Positions 8,803 through 17,444 of a DNA stretch of 64,000 bases are shown piece by piece. The notes under the pieces were generated by a model. That model was not told where the DNA came from, did not search any database, and was given only the letters and a program-made list of their open reading frames with translations. Source of the DNA: Clostridia bacterium (lineage in GTDB: Bacteria; Bacillota; Clostridia; Oscillospirales; CAG-272); the NCBI GenBank assembly GCA_017472695.1, contig JAFUOQ010000015.1:388-64387 (forward strand). Reading direction: 5' to 3'. Position 1 is the first letter of the stretch. The number at the start of each line of letters is the position of its first letter. A program made the position numbers and the translations under genes.

Positions 8803-9840
8803 TCATTGTCCCACCTTCGAAAGCATTTTATTAACCAGAACGTTTGCACCCATCATTACAAGGAAGAGTACGAACGCAATAGCGGAAGCATATCCCACTT
8901 CCCAACGTTGGTTACCGTAGTCCTCCAAGCAGTGCATAATCGTATGACACGAATAGTTAACTGATGGGAATCCACAAAGCGAGGTTACGACACCACCGAA
9001 GCCGAACGCACCAGTAATTGACATTACCGCACCGAACATTAGCTGTGGTCGCATCATTGGCAGGGTAATAAACCATAGCTCCTGCCATCTGTTTTTGATA
9101 CCGTCAACTGCGGCTGCCTCAAACAAGCTCTTATCAACCGTTTGAAGACCTGCAATAAACGATAGGAACGCTGTACCGAGTGACATCCATAGTGCAACTA
9201 CGATACAAAGTGTCATTGCGTATTTCTCGTCATAGAACCAAAGAATTGGCGCATCTATGATGTTGAGCTTCATTAGCGTACCATTAACCCAGCCCTGTCC
9301 GTCATTTGAGAAAAGTGTACCCCAAATGAGATATACTGAGCCAGAAATTGATGGTGCATAGAATATAAGTGTTACTATTGCTCTGATTCTTGGTGATAGC
9401 TCATTAATGAACCATGCAACAAGGAATGAAAGAATATAGGAAACAGGACCTGTAATTGCAGCGAACACGAGTGTGTTTTTACAAGCGAGGAGGAATATAT
9501 CGTCCTCAAAGAATAGTCTTGTATAGTTTTTAATTCCTATAAACATATCCCATTTGAATTCGAGCATATTGAAGTTTGTAAAGCTGAGTACTAGCGATAG
9601 TACAACTGGGAATACAGTAAATAGCAAGAATACAAACATGAATGGTGCTATCATTAGGTACGCAATTTTGTGCCTCTTGATCTCATGCAATGTCCATTGG
9701 AACATTGTCATATCCTTTCTTGCAACTGCCTTCTTTTTATCATTTGATTTTTGTTCTTCTAAAATACTATCGTCATGTACAGCTTCGGCTGTTTCGATAT
9801 TTTCAGCCTTGTTTTGTAAATTTTCTTTACGCTTTGCCAT
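8803..9840 (-). CDS. Carbohydrate-type ABC transporter permease (MalF-like), first pair, with a ~55-aa charged N-terminal tail
   Basis: EAA loop ...LFEAAAVDGIKNRWQELWFITLPMMRPQL...; 6 TM segments. Confidence 0.85.
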   Translation of the reverse strand: MAKRKENLQNKAENIETAEAVHDDSILEEQKSNDKKKAVARKDMTMFQWTLHEIKRHKIAYLMIAPFMFVFLLFTVFPVVLSLVLSFTNFNMLEFKWDMFIGIKNYTRLFFEDDIFLLACKNTLVFAAITGPVSYILSFLVAWFINELSPRIRAIVTLIFYAPSISGSVYLIWGTLFSNDGQGWVNGTLMKLNIIDAPILWFYDEKYAMTLCIVVALWMSLGTAFLSFIAGLQTVDKSLFEAAAVDGIKNRWQELWFITLPMMRPQLMFGAVMSITGAFGFGGVVTSLCGFPSVNYSCHTIMHCLEDYGNQRWEVGYASAIAFVLFLVMMGANVLVNKMLSKVGQ

Positions 9841-9870
9841 CTACATTTTCTCCTTCTTTAGTATTTTAGA

Positions 9871-12800
9871 TTAATTTAAAGCATTATCGGGATTTAGCTT
9901 ATCATACTCTTCTTTTGTGAGCATGCCAAATTCCTCACGTCTTCTCTCAATTTCGGCATTGATTGTTGTAACGTAGCTGAGAAGCGCATCTGATGCGTCC
10001 TCGCCATCGTTATAAGCTGCTAGGAATGCGAAGTTGACATAACGAGCTAAATAGTAGCTACCTGGGTGGTTTGGAACTGCCTCAAGGTTGTTGAACTGGT
10101 CAAGGATGTTTGATTTTTCCTTTGCTGTCCAAGGAAGCTCCTCAAGAGCAATTCTATTTGCGGTTGCAGGTCTTGCTGCAATACCCATGATAGAAACTAC
10201 ACCATTTGAATAGTCTGCTTGGAACTCATGTCCTGTGTACCATTTCATAAATTCCCATGCAGCATCGTCTTTTTTCTGTTGCTCTTTGCTGTTGCCATTA
10301 TCTATCATTACACAGCCTGTAACTGTACCAATAGCATTTCTGTTAATTTGAACATTTCCATTTTCGTCAAGTATTTCATTTCCATTTTCATCAACAACTA
10401 CCTCACCAGGAAGCTTAACAAATGTCCAAAGACCTGAAAGCTCTGATGCGAATACTGCCAATTGGTTACATGTTGTATATGGTGCAATACCGATTGGCAT
10501 TTCGCCTGTACGGAAACGGTTTGCAAAATCATATGTATAAGGAAGTGAATATTGAGTGTAGTAGTTACACATTGTTTCAAATGCGTTAAGAACGCCCTTT
10601 GAATCAAAGTTGATTGTCATACCATTGTTGGAATATGCCTCATGACCATTTTGGTATATAAATGTATATGCATCATTTTGGATACCTAGCTCCATATTAT
10701 TATATTGAAGAATAGGTAGTATTGCGAGCATATCATCCCATGTCTTTGGAACCTCAAGCTCTAGGTTAGCAAATATATCCTCACGGTAGAACATCATTGA
10801 GAATGTAAGTGTGTCTGGTAAAGCATAAAGCTCAATACCAGTATGTCCCTCGTCATTCTTCCAGTTATAGCCATATTTTGCATCATCCAAGCTACTGTTA
10901 GGATTATTTTCGTCTACGAGATAGTGTACCTCTTTAGATGTGCCGTTTGATGTATTAGTTATTGTTGTACCATCCTCTCTCCACAGATAGAGGTCCTCCT
11001 CAACCCATGTATATTCATGGTCAACGCCTTCAATATCTAAAACATTTTCATATCCAAAGTTATAGAGAGTAAGTGGCTCAATAGCAGCCTCTGGGAACTC
11101 GTCTAATATGTTTGTACCATTTTTAATATCCTCGTTAACATATTCGTTGAGAGGTTTTATTGCGTTACGGAGAGCATAGTCAATAATAGTTGTGCTTACC
11201 TCCATTAGCGAAACCTCTGGACCTACGCCAGCAATAATTGATGGAAGTAGTGTTCCTCCCGAAATGAGCTTAATGTTAACTCCGATGTTGATCTTTTCGT
11301 ACTTTGTGGGTTTTCCATTTTCATCCCACTCTACAGCGACCTCGTATTCCTCTGGAGTAAAATTATTTTCAATGAGATTTCTTATGATTTGTGCTTGGTC
11401 ACGACCTGTTACAACCCAAACCTCAATTACTTCGTCGTAATTGCCACCATCTGACTTGCTATCCATTGTATTGTAATCGCCTGCAAATGAAGCGAAGAAC
11501 AGCTTGATTTCAAACCAGATTGCTTCAAAGAAGTTTGCGTCTGCCTTTGGTAGATCATCATCTATTGATTGAACTAGATAATAGTCAACCTGTAGGGGCT
11601 GTGTCTTTGCGCTATTAATCCAGGTACCCAAGGAACCGATTTGTGATTTTAATGTTGCGAGATTTGCAGGAATTTCGGACTCGTCAGTTGCCATCTTTTC
11701 AAGAAGCTGGTAAACCTGCTTAATGGTTGCTGTCTTTTCACCCTCACCAGTACCGCCGTCCTGTGCTTGGTTCTCTGCTATCATATAATTATAAACGCTC
11801 TCAAGGTTTTGTGACTCCAAAAGCATGCTTTCAAGAACGTGTGGCATTACACGTGTGAAGCCATATGAACGGTTAGAGTCAGGGTCTGTACCTGTGAGCT
11901 TTAGAATTTCAAGGTAAGCTTCGTTTATTGCAGTAAGTGAGTTGCTTACCTGTTTAATTTGCTGACCCATTTCGCCAAGAGTTGCCTCAAGCTTTATTTC
12001 ATAGGTTTTGCCTGCTTCAAAATAAAACTCGAACTCTGTTTCGCCATCTCCAAGGAAGCAAGTTTGCCAAGAGCTTGTATATGGGAAACGGCAGTTTGCA
12101 GCCTCTGCAAACGGAACCTCTCCATCAATATATAGCTTTCTTGAAACGTACATACCACTCAATAGAGCTTGCTTATATCTAACAGCTATGGAATAGTAAC
12201 CAGATTCTGGTACTGTAATTTCATAGCTCATCCACTCACCAACGTTTTGCCACTGCTCTTTTCCTGCTGTGTTATACTTAACCGCAGACTCACTTTGTGC
12301 GCCTGTCAATCCACTTGTAATCGCGGAGGTTCTATCGTATACAGGATACATAGTAACAGCGGATACGTTTTCTGGGCCCTCTGCCTCTATTCTATCATCC
12401 TCGTCCAAATCAAGACTTACTCTGTTGTCCTCCATCTTTCCGTAGAGGTCTTCCATTTCCTTCTTGTATTGGCTATAGCTCATCAAGCTTTCTTGTGGGC
12501 GCAAGGTAATAGATTGAATAATGATGCCTTCTCTTTGACCCTCAAGTGAAATTGCATTTTCACCTGGCTTTACATAGAATTCAAATGGATACATTTCATA
12601 TCCGTTTGAATCACTGATAGCATATGTAACCCAGCTTTGGTCCTCCTTAACAGAAGGACGGATGTCGTCACCGCTACCATCTTCCTTTTCGTTCTCAAAG
12701 GTTCGGTTGTTATCATTATCATACTTATAATCGTATTTCCACACCTTTGAAAGCACTAATGAACGTGCTTCGGAAAACGGAATCTCACCGTTTAAGTAAA

Positions 12801-13611
12801 ATATACGTTCGATTGGGTTACTAGTAGGCTTGCTATCACCATCGAGAACATCGTCCTCCATTGCTTGAGCATACTTAATTTCAATTATGTAATTTCCACT
12901 CAAGTATTCAGGAACGTTGAAGGTCCAAGTAACAACACCATTAGAGCCGATGTAAACACCTGCATTGTTACCATCGTCATCCTCTGTGCAAACATTTTGC
13001 TTTACACGACCTGCGTCCTCACCAAGGATAACTACCTTGTTATCAAACTCGTATTCACCATCAAGAAGGCTAAATTGATTATCCTTGCCTGCTTGAGGAT
13101 TCATAACAAGCTCAATTGTTTCAACAAGAGTATAGGTTGTGTCAACTACCTTTTCCCCTATTGTAATTTTGGCTGTTTTTCCTTTAGAGTCTATTACAAG
13201 CTCGATATCCTCAAGATCCTTTGCTGAGCCTGTATAAGTGCCTGCAAGAGAAACATATGTGCTTTGTGAAAAGTTGTTTTTCTTCTGCTTTGCAAGGCTA
13301 TACTCTGTACCGTTATAATCTAAAACGGCAGCCTCTCCACCTGAAACAGTAATTGTACCAACCACTGCTCCTTCGTTGGAGTAGAGCGTCATCTTTCCAG
13401 CCGATGCGTGCTTATCCAAAACGTTTTCCTTGTATTCGTCATAAGACAAGGCGTTAAGAATAGCGCTTACGTCGGAAATTGACGAATTGGAAGACGAGCT
13501 TCCACTTGAGCTACTCACTTTACCGGATGCAAATGCAGACAAGCCCATAGTCGGCACGAGCATCAAAAGGCAAAGTAAAAATGCAAGTAGCTTTTTCGCT
13601 TTCTTTCTCAT
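9871..13611 (-). CDS. Giant (1246 aa) extracellular solute-binding protein fusion: signal peptide, Ser-rich linker, ~700-aa N-terminal extension with two related CBM6/35-like modules, C-terminal family-1 SBP domain
   Basis: Signal peptide ...LSAFA/SG has no lipobox Cys. The internal repeat is visible (YIIEIKYAQ...RIFYLNGEIPFSEA vs YYSIAVRYKQ...RKLYIDGEVPFAEA). The C-terminal ~550 aa has a typical sugar-SBP pattern (...PKTWDDMLAILP...). Confidence 0.8.
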   Translation of the reverse strand: MRKKAKKLLAFLLCLLMLVPTMGLSAFASGKVSSSSGSSSSNSSISDVSAILNALSYDEYKENVLDKHASAGKMTLYSNEGAVVGTITVSGGEAAVLDYNGTEYSLAKQKKNNFSQSTYVSLAGTYTGSAKDLEDIELVIDSKGKTAKITIGEKVVDTTYTLVETIELVMNPQAGKDNQFSLLDGEYEFDNKVVILGEDAGRVKQNVCTEDDDGNNAGVYIGSNGVVTWTFNVPEYLSGNYIIEIKYAQAMEDDVLDGDSKPTSNPIERIFYLNGEIPFSEARSLVLSKVWKYDYKYDNDNNRTFENEKEDGSGDDIRPSVKEDQSWVTYAISDSNGYEMYPFEFYVKPGENAISLEGQREGIIIQSITLRPQESLMSYSQYKKEMEDLYGKMEDNRVSLDLDEDDRIEAEGPENVSAVTMYPVYDRTSAITSGLTGAQSESAVKYNTAGKEQWQNVGEWMSYEITVPESGYYSIAVRYKQALLSGMYVSRKLYIDGEVPFAEAANCRFPYTSSWQTCFLGDGETEFEFYFEAGKTYEIKLEATLGEMGQQIKQVSNSLTAINEAYLEILKLTGTDPDSNRSYGFTRVMPHVLESMLLESQNLESVYNYMIAENQAQDGGTGEGEKTATIKQVYQLLEKMATDESEIPANLATLKSQIGSLGTWINSAKTQPLQVDYYLVQSIDDDLPKADANFFEAIWFEIKLFFASFAGDYNTMDSKSDGGNYDEVIEVWVVTGRDQAQIIRNLIENNFTPEEYEVAVEWDENGKPTKYEKINIGVNIKLISGGTLLPSIIAGVGPEVSLMEVSTTIIDYALRNAIKPLNEYVNEDIKNGTNILDEFPEAAIEPLTLYNFGYENVLDIEGVDHEYTWVEEDLYLWREDGTTITNTSNGTSKEVHYLVDENNPNSSLDDAKYGYNWKNDEGHTGIELYALPDTLTFSMMFYREDIFANLELEVPKTWDDMLAILPILQYNNMELGIQNDAYTFIYQNGHEAYSNNGMTINFDSKGVLNAFETMCNYYTQYSLPYTYDFANRFRTGEMPIGIAPYTTCNQLAVFASELSGLWTFVKLPGEVVVDENGNEILDENGNVQINRNAIGTVTGCVMIDNGNSKEQQKKDDAAWEFMKWYTGHEFQADYSNGVVSIMGIAARPATANRIALEELPWTAKEKSNILDQFNNLEAVPNHPGSYYLARYVNFAFLAAYNDGEDASDALLSYVTTINAEIERRREEFGMLTKEEYDKLNPDNALN

Positions 13612-13680
13612 AAGAAATCCTCCATGTTTTTTGCTGTTCTAATCACTTGCTTGGTTTAGCGCTCACCAAACAAATGCAAG

Positions 13681-13698
13681 ATATACGTGTGCGTATAT
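13681..13698. promoter_or_regulatory. Inverted repeat ATATACG-TGTG-CGTATAT in the 5' UTR of the ABC operon (candidate operator)
   Basis: Perfect 7-bp arms just downstream of the predicted -10 element. Confidence 0.35.
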
Positions 13699-13711
13699 AT
13701 TAGTATGTATA

Positions 13712-13740
13712 ATTTTAGCATACAAGTAAAATAAAGTCAA
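13712..13740 (-). promoter_or_regulatory. Sigma-A type promoter of the seven-gene ABC operon
   Basis: On the minus strand: TTGACT (13735-13740), 17 nt, TAAAAT (13712-13717). Confidence 0.5.
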
Positions 13741-13928
13741 GTTGCCATTTTTAACAATTTGCACAAGGTATCTCTTTGCCAAGCCATTTTCTCAAAATAA
13801 AGGAATTAAATTCTCCCCAAAAAAGCGTTAGAACCTTTTAAAAATTTTTAAGCTAAAAATGCTTATAAAGTCAACAATCAAGGCAACACTATACTAAAAA
13901 TAATATATTTTCTAAAATTTTCTACGTA

Positions 13929-13954
13929 TTGTGCAACTTGCACAAAAATTTGTG
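13929..13954. promoter_or_regulatory. Two overlapping perfect palindromes, TTGTGCAA-C-TTGCACAA and CACAAA-AA-TTTGTG (candidate regulator binding site)
   Basis: Read directly. A further TTGCACAA half-site lies at 13759-13766, next to the -35 of the operon promoter. Confidence 0.35.
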
Positions 13955-14030
13955 GATATTTTTGGCGTGTGCGCATTTTTCACAAAATTGCTAAAATTAT
14001 TTATTTTTTTGCCAAATTATTCAAAAAATC

Positions 14031-14059
14031 TTGACATGCCAGAGAATTAATATTATAAT
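14031..14059 (+). promoter_or_regulatory. Consensus sigma-A type promoter for glcK
   Basis: TTGACA (14031-14036), 17 nt, TATAAT (14054-14059). Confidence 0.6.
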
Positions 14060-14132
14060 TTGAAGTAGCCGATTTGTTATTACTTGACACCATCAAGCCT
14101 TTCGGTGAAAACAAGCAAAGGATGGTAGTATT

Positions 14133-15092
14133 ATGTACTATTTAGGAATCGACCTCGGTGGAACAAACATTGCCGCCGGTATCGTCGACGAAAACTACAA
14201 AATAATTAAGAAAAAGAGTGTACCTACTCTTGCACATAGAGATGGCAAAGAAATCATTAAGGATATGGCAAAGCTTTGTCTTTCACTTCTTGAGGATTGC
14301 GGACTTACCATTAACGATATCGAATACGCTGGAATTGCTTCCCCTGGTACTGCAAATTCAGAAACAGGCATCGTTGAATACGCAAACAATCTTCCTTTTA
14401 AAAACTTCCCTATTGCAGAGCTGCTTAAGGAATATACCGGCGTAAAGAAGGTTCTTATCGAAAACGATGCAAACGCTGCTGCAAAGGCTGAGGCTATTGC
14501 CGGTGTTGCGAAGGGTGCTAAATTTTCCGTTATGATTACACTTGGAACAGGTTTAGGCGGTGGAATTGTTCTTGACGGAAAGGTATATTCAGGCTTTAAC
14601 TTCGCAGGAGCCGAGCTTGGACACATTGTTATTGAAAAGGACGGCAAGCAATGTACCTGTGGCAGACGCGGCTGTTGGGAAACATATAGCTCCGCTACCG
14701 GTCTTACAAATATGACAAAGGAGCATGTTCTCAAGGCTAGAGCCGAGGGACGCAAAACCCTCATTGAGGAGCTTATCAACGGCAATGTTGATAATTGCAA
14801 CGCAAGAGTTGCATTCACCGCTATGAAGCAGGGCGATGCAGTTGGTAAGGAAATTGTTGACGAATATATTTCTTACCTCGCATGTGGAATTGCAAACATA
14901 ATCAATATATTCCAACCAAACGTTCTTTCGATCGGTGGTGGAGTATGCAATGAAAAGGACAATCTTCTCGTTCCACTAAATGAAGCTGTATTTAAGCAAA
15001 CCTACACAAAGGGTGACAAGCAAACCCAAATCAAGATTGCAGAGCTTGGCAACGACGCTGGTATCGTTGGAGCTGCAGTTCTTGGACTTTAA
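14133..15092 (+). CDS. glcK: ROK-family glucokinase
   Basis: N-terminal YLGIDLGGTNIAAG ATP-binding motif; ROK zinc signature CTCGRRGCWETYSS. Confidence 0.85.
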   Translation: MYYLGIDLGGTNIAAGIVDENYKIIKKKSVPTLAHRDGKEIIKDMAKLCLSLLEDCGLTINDIEYAGIASPGTANSETGIVEYANNLPFKNFPIAELLKEYTGVKKVLIENDANAAAKAEAIAGVAKGAKFSVMITLGTGLGGGIVLDGKVYSGFNFAGAELGHIVIEKDGKQCTCGRRGCWETYSSATGLTNMTKEHVLKARAEGRKTLIEELINGNVDNCNARVAFTAMKQGDAVGKEIVDEYISYLACGIANIINIFQPNVLSIGGGVCNEKDNLLVPLNEAVFKQTYTKGDKQTQIKIAELGNDAGIVGAAVLGL

Positions 15093-15105
15093 TCGTCTTT
15101 CACAA

Positions 15106-15138
15106 CCCGCAGAGCATTTTCCTCTGCGGGTATTTGTT
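15106..15138 (+). terminator. Intrinsic terminator or attenuator between glcK and recG
   Basis: CCCGCAGAG(15106-15114)/CTCTGCGGG(15122-15130) stem, followed by a T-rich tract. Confidence 0.55.
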
Positions 15139-15167
15139 AGTCAAAATCAGCTGAAAGGAGGAACAAA

Positions 15168-17303
15168 ATGGATTATCAAACCCCTGTCAAAAAGCTATAT
15201 GGAGTTGGCGAAAAAATAGAAAAAAGCTTACACAGTGGTGGATTTTTCACCGTTAACGACTTACTATATCATTTTCCTAGGGCATATCAAAACAGAGCCG
15301 ACGTACATCTTTTATCAGATGAAGGCGGTTATGGTGAATATCATTCATATATTTTGACAATAGCTAACGAGCCAAAGGCCGCTATGATAAAAAGAGGCAT
15401 GAATCTTTTGAAATTTCGCGCCTTTGACGAAAGTGGCTCGGTCAATATTACCTACTTTAACCAAAACTACCTAAAAGAAGTATTTCATCAAGGCTCTACA
15501 TTTAGATTTTGGGGCAAGGTTACCAAAGAAAGGCGAACCCTGTGTATGACTTCACCATCTTATGAGCCTGTTTTGCCAAGTAAGGAGCTCGATGCTTTAA
15601 TCCCAGTTTATCCTCTTTTTGCAGGTATAAATCAAAAGCTGTTATCAAAGCTACAGAGAGAAATCGTTTCCTCTCTGCCCACATTTGTGGTCGACTATTT
15701 ACCACAGGATATCAGGGAGAAAAACGGATTATCTACTCTTACTTATGCTCTCGAAAACATACACTTTCCAAAAAGTGAGGACTCGCTTGAAAGAGCGATA
15801 AAAAGATTGACCTTTGACGAGCTATTTCTTTTTGCTCTCGCAATTTCTGAAATAAAAGCTGTTCAAGAAACACAAAAAGCGCCAAGATTTGATGACACGG
15901 ACATAAGCGAGCTTTTAAGTCTGCTTTCCTACACTCCAACAAAAGCTCAGATGAAGGCTATTTGTGAAATATCCCTGGACACGTGTCCAAAAAACGACGA
16001 TTTTTATGTAAAGCCAATGAATAGAATTGTAGTCGGAGATGTTGGAAGCGGTAAAACGCTTTGCGCCGCTGCTGCTGCATATATTGCATGTAAAAATGGA
16101 TACCAATGTGCTCTTATGGCACCAACAGAAATCCTTGCTAATCAGCATTACGAATCTCTTTCTCCGCTATTTAACTCTCTCAACATTTCTTGCGAATTGC
16201 TAACAGGTAGCACATCAGTAAAAGATAAAAAAGCGACACTGGGTCGTCTAAAATCCGGAGAATGTCAGTTCATTATTGGAACTCATGCATTAATCCAAGG
16301 GAATGTGGAATTTAACAATTTAGCACTCGCTATAACCGACGAGCAGCACCGTTTCGGTGCAAATCAACGTTCCTCTCTTTCAGATAAGGGCTACTGTGCC
16401 CACACGCTAGTCATGAGCGCAACCCCTATACCAAGAACCCTGTCGTTTATGATGTATGGTGACCTTGATATTTCTCTAATTGATGAAATGCCTCCAGGAC
16501 GTGAAAGAGTTTCCACATATGTCGTTGACGAAGCATATAGATCTCGACTAAATGCTTTTATAAGAAAGCAGGTTGAGGAGGGTGGACAGGTATATATTGT
16601 TTGCCCTAGTGTTGAAGAAAAAAAGGATGATATTGATAATGCATCAGACTTCGATCCATTTTCGTTTTTATATGAGGAAAGTCAACCACCACTCAAGTCT
16701 GCTGTTGATTTTGCCAAGAAGCTATCTGAAACCGTCTTTCCAGACTTGAATATTGCCTTTATACACGGCAAGCTAAAGGGCAAGGAAAAGGACGCTATTA
16801 TGACAGAATTTTCCAAGGGTAATATTGATATTTTAGTTTCCACCACTGTTATTGAGGTTGGTGTCAACGTCCCCAATGCTTCACTAATGATTGTTGAAAA
16901 CGCGGAGCGCTTTGGTCTTTCACAATTACATCAGCTGCGTGGTCGTGTTGGTCGTGGCTCTCGCAAATCATACTGTGTTTTAGTTTCTGATTCCAAAGGC
17001 GAAAACGCAAAGGAGCGCTTGAGCATTATGAAAACTACCTATGATGGTTATACTATTGCAGAGCGAGATCTCCAAATGCGTGGTCCTGGCGACTTTTTTT
17101 CCTCAAGCACAAGTGTTCGTCAATCAGGGCAGCTTGATCTCGGCATTGCAAAATCCTGTAGCGATACTCTGCTCGTTCACTCCGCTTTTGAAAGCGCAAG
17201 AGCCTTGCTCGAACGAGATCCTGAGCTCACCTCCTCTGACAACATATACTTAAGAGAAAAGGTAGGAAAGATTTGCAGAACCAAGTCTAATACAATAAAC
17301 TAA
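15168..17303 (+). CDS. recG: ATP-dependent DNA helicase RecG
   Basis: Wedge domain followed by a superfamily-2 helicase core (GDVGSGKT, DEQHRFG, QLHQLRGRVGRG). Confidence 0.92.
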   Translation: MDYQTPVKKLYGVGEKIEKSLHSGGFFTVNDLLYHFPRAYQNRADVHLLSDEGGYGEYHSYILTIANEPKAAMIKRGMNLLKFRAFDESGSVNITYFNQNYLKEVFHQGSTFRFWGKVTKERRTLCMTSPSYEPVLPSKELDALIPVYPLFAGINQKLLSKLQREIVSSLPTFVVDYLPQDIREKNGLSTLTYALENIHFPKSEDSLERAIKRLTFDELFLFALAISEIKAVQETQKAPRFDDTDISELLSLLSYTPTKAQMKAICEISLDTCPKNDDFYVKPMNRIVVGDVGSGKTLCAAAAAYIACKNGYQCALMAPTEILANQHYESLSPLFNSLNISCELLTGSTSVKDKKATLGRLKSGECQFIIGTHALIQGNVEFNNLALAITDEQHRFGANQRSSLSDKGYCAHTLVMSATPIPRTLSFMMYGDLDISLIDEMPPGRERVSTYVVDEAYRSRLNAFIRKQVEEGGQVYIVCPSVEEKKDDIDNASDFDPFSFLYEESQPPLKSAVDFAKKLSETVFPDLNIAFIHGKLKGKEKDAIMTEFSKGNIDILVSTTVIEVGVNVPNASLMIVENAERFGLSQLHQLRGRVGRGSRKSYCVLVSDSKGENAKERLSIMKTTYDGYTIAERDLQMRGPGDFFSSSTSVRQSGQLDLGIAKSCSDTLLVHSAFESARALLERDPELTSSDNIYLREKVGKICRTKSNTIN

Positions 17304-17304
17304 T

Positions 17305-17362
17305 GAAAAATCACTAGCTAAGTGAACTAAATTGGGTTCACTTCATAAGCTGGTGGTTTTTC
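17305..17362 (+). terminator. recG terminator with an embedded GTGAAC-N8-GTTCAC palindromic element
   Basis: Outer stem CACTAGCT(17312-19)/AGCTGGTG(17348-55), inner stem GTGAAC(17322-27)/GTTCAC(17336-41), T-run after. Confidence 0.5.
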
Positions 17363-17444
17363 ATTTTTGGGCATAGCCCTCATACTAATGGCAACGCACA
17401 AGTGCGTTAAGAATTGAGCAGTCAGCCATGCATTTGTTGCGTTA

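Noticed and set aside
11982-13227. Plus-strand ORFs (66-126 aa) antisense to the giant SBP gene; similar ones occur in the permeases and in the 960-aa and 759-aa genes (e.g. 823-1302, 5810-7629, 9554-9874)
   Set aside because: All are embedded in longer, motif-bearing minus-strand genes, have no RBS, and have hydrophobic or low-complexity translations.
13967-13984. TGTGC-N7-TCACA, a CRP/FNR-like box upstream of glcK
   Set aside because: The spacer is 7 nt rather than the canonical 6. There is a single occurrence, and AT-rich DNA produces such half-matches easily.
14195-14915. Long antisense ORFs (207 aa and 108 aa) inside glcK
   Set aside because: They lie fully inside a well-supported ROK kinase gene on the opposite strand. 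Their composition is Pro/Ser/Ala-rich and low-complexity, they have no RBS, and they are typical shadow ORFs.
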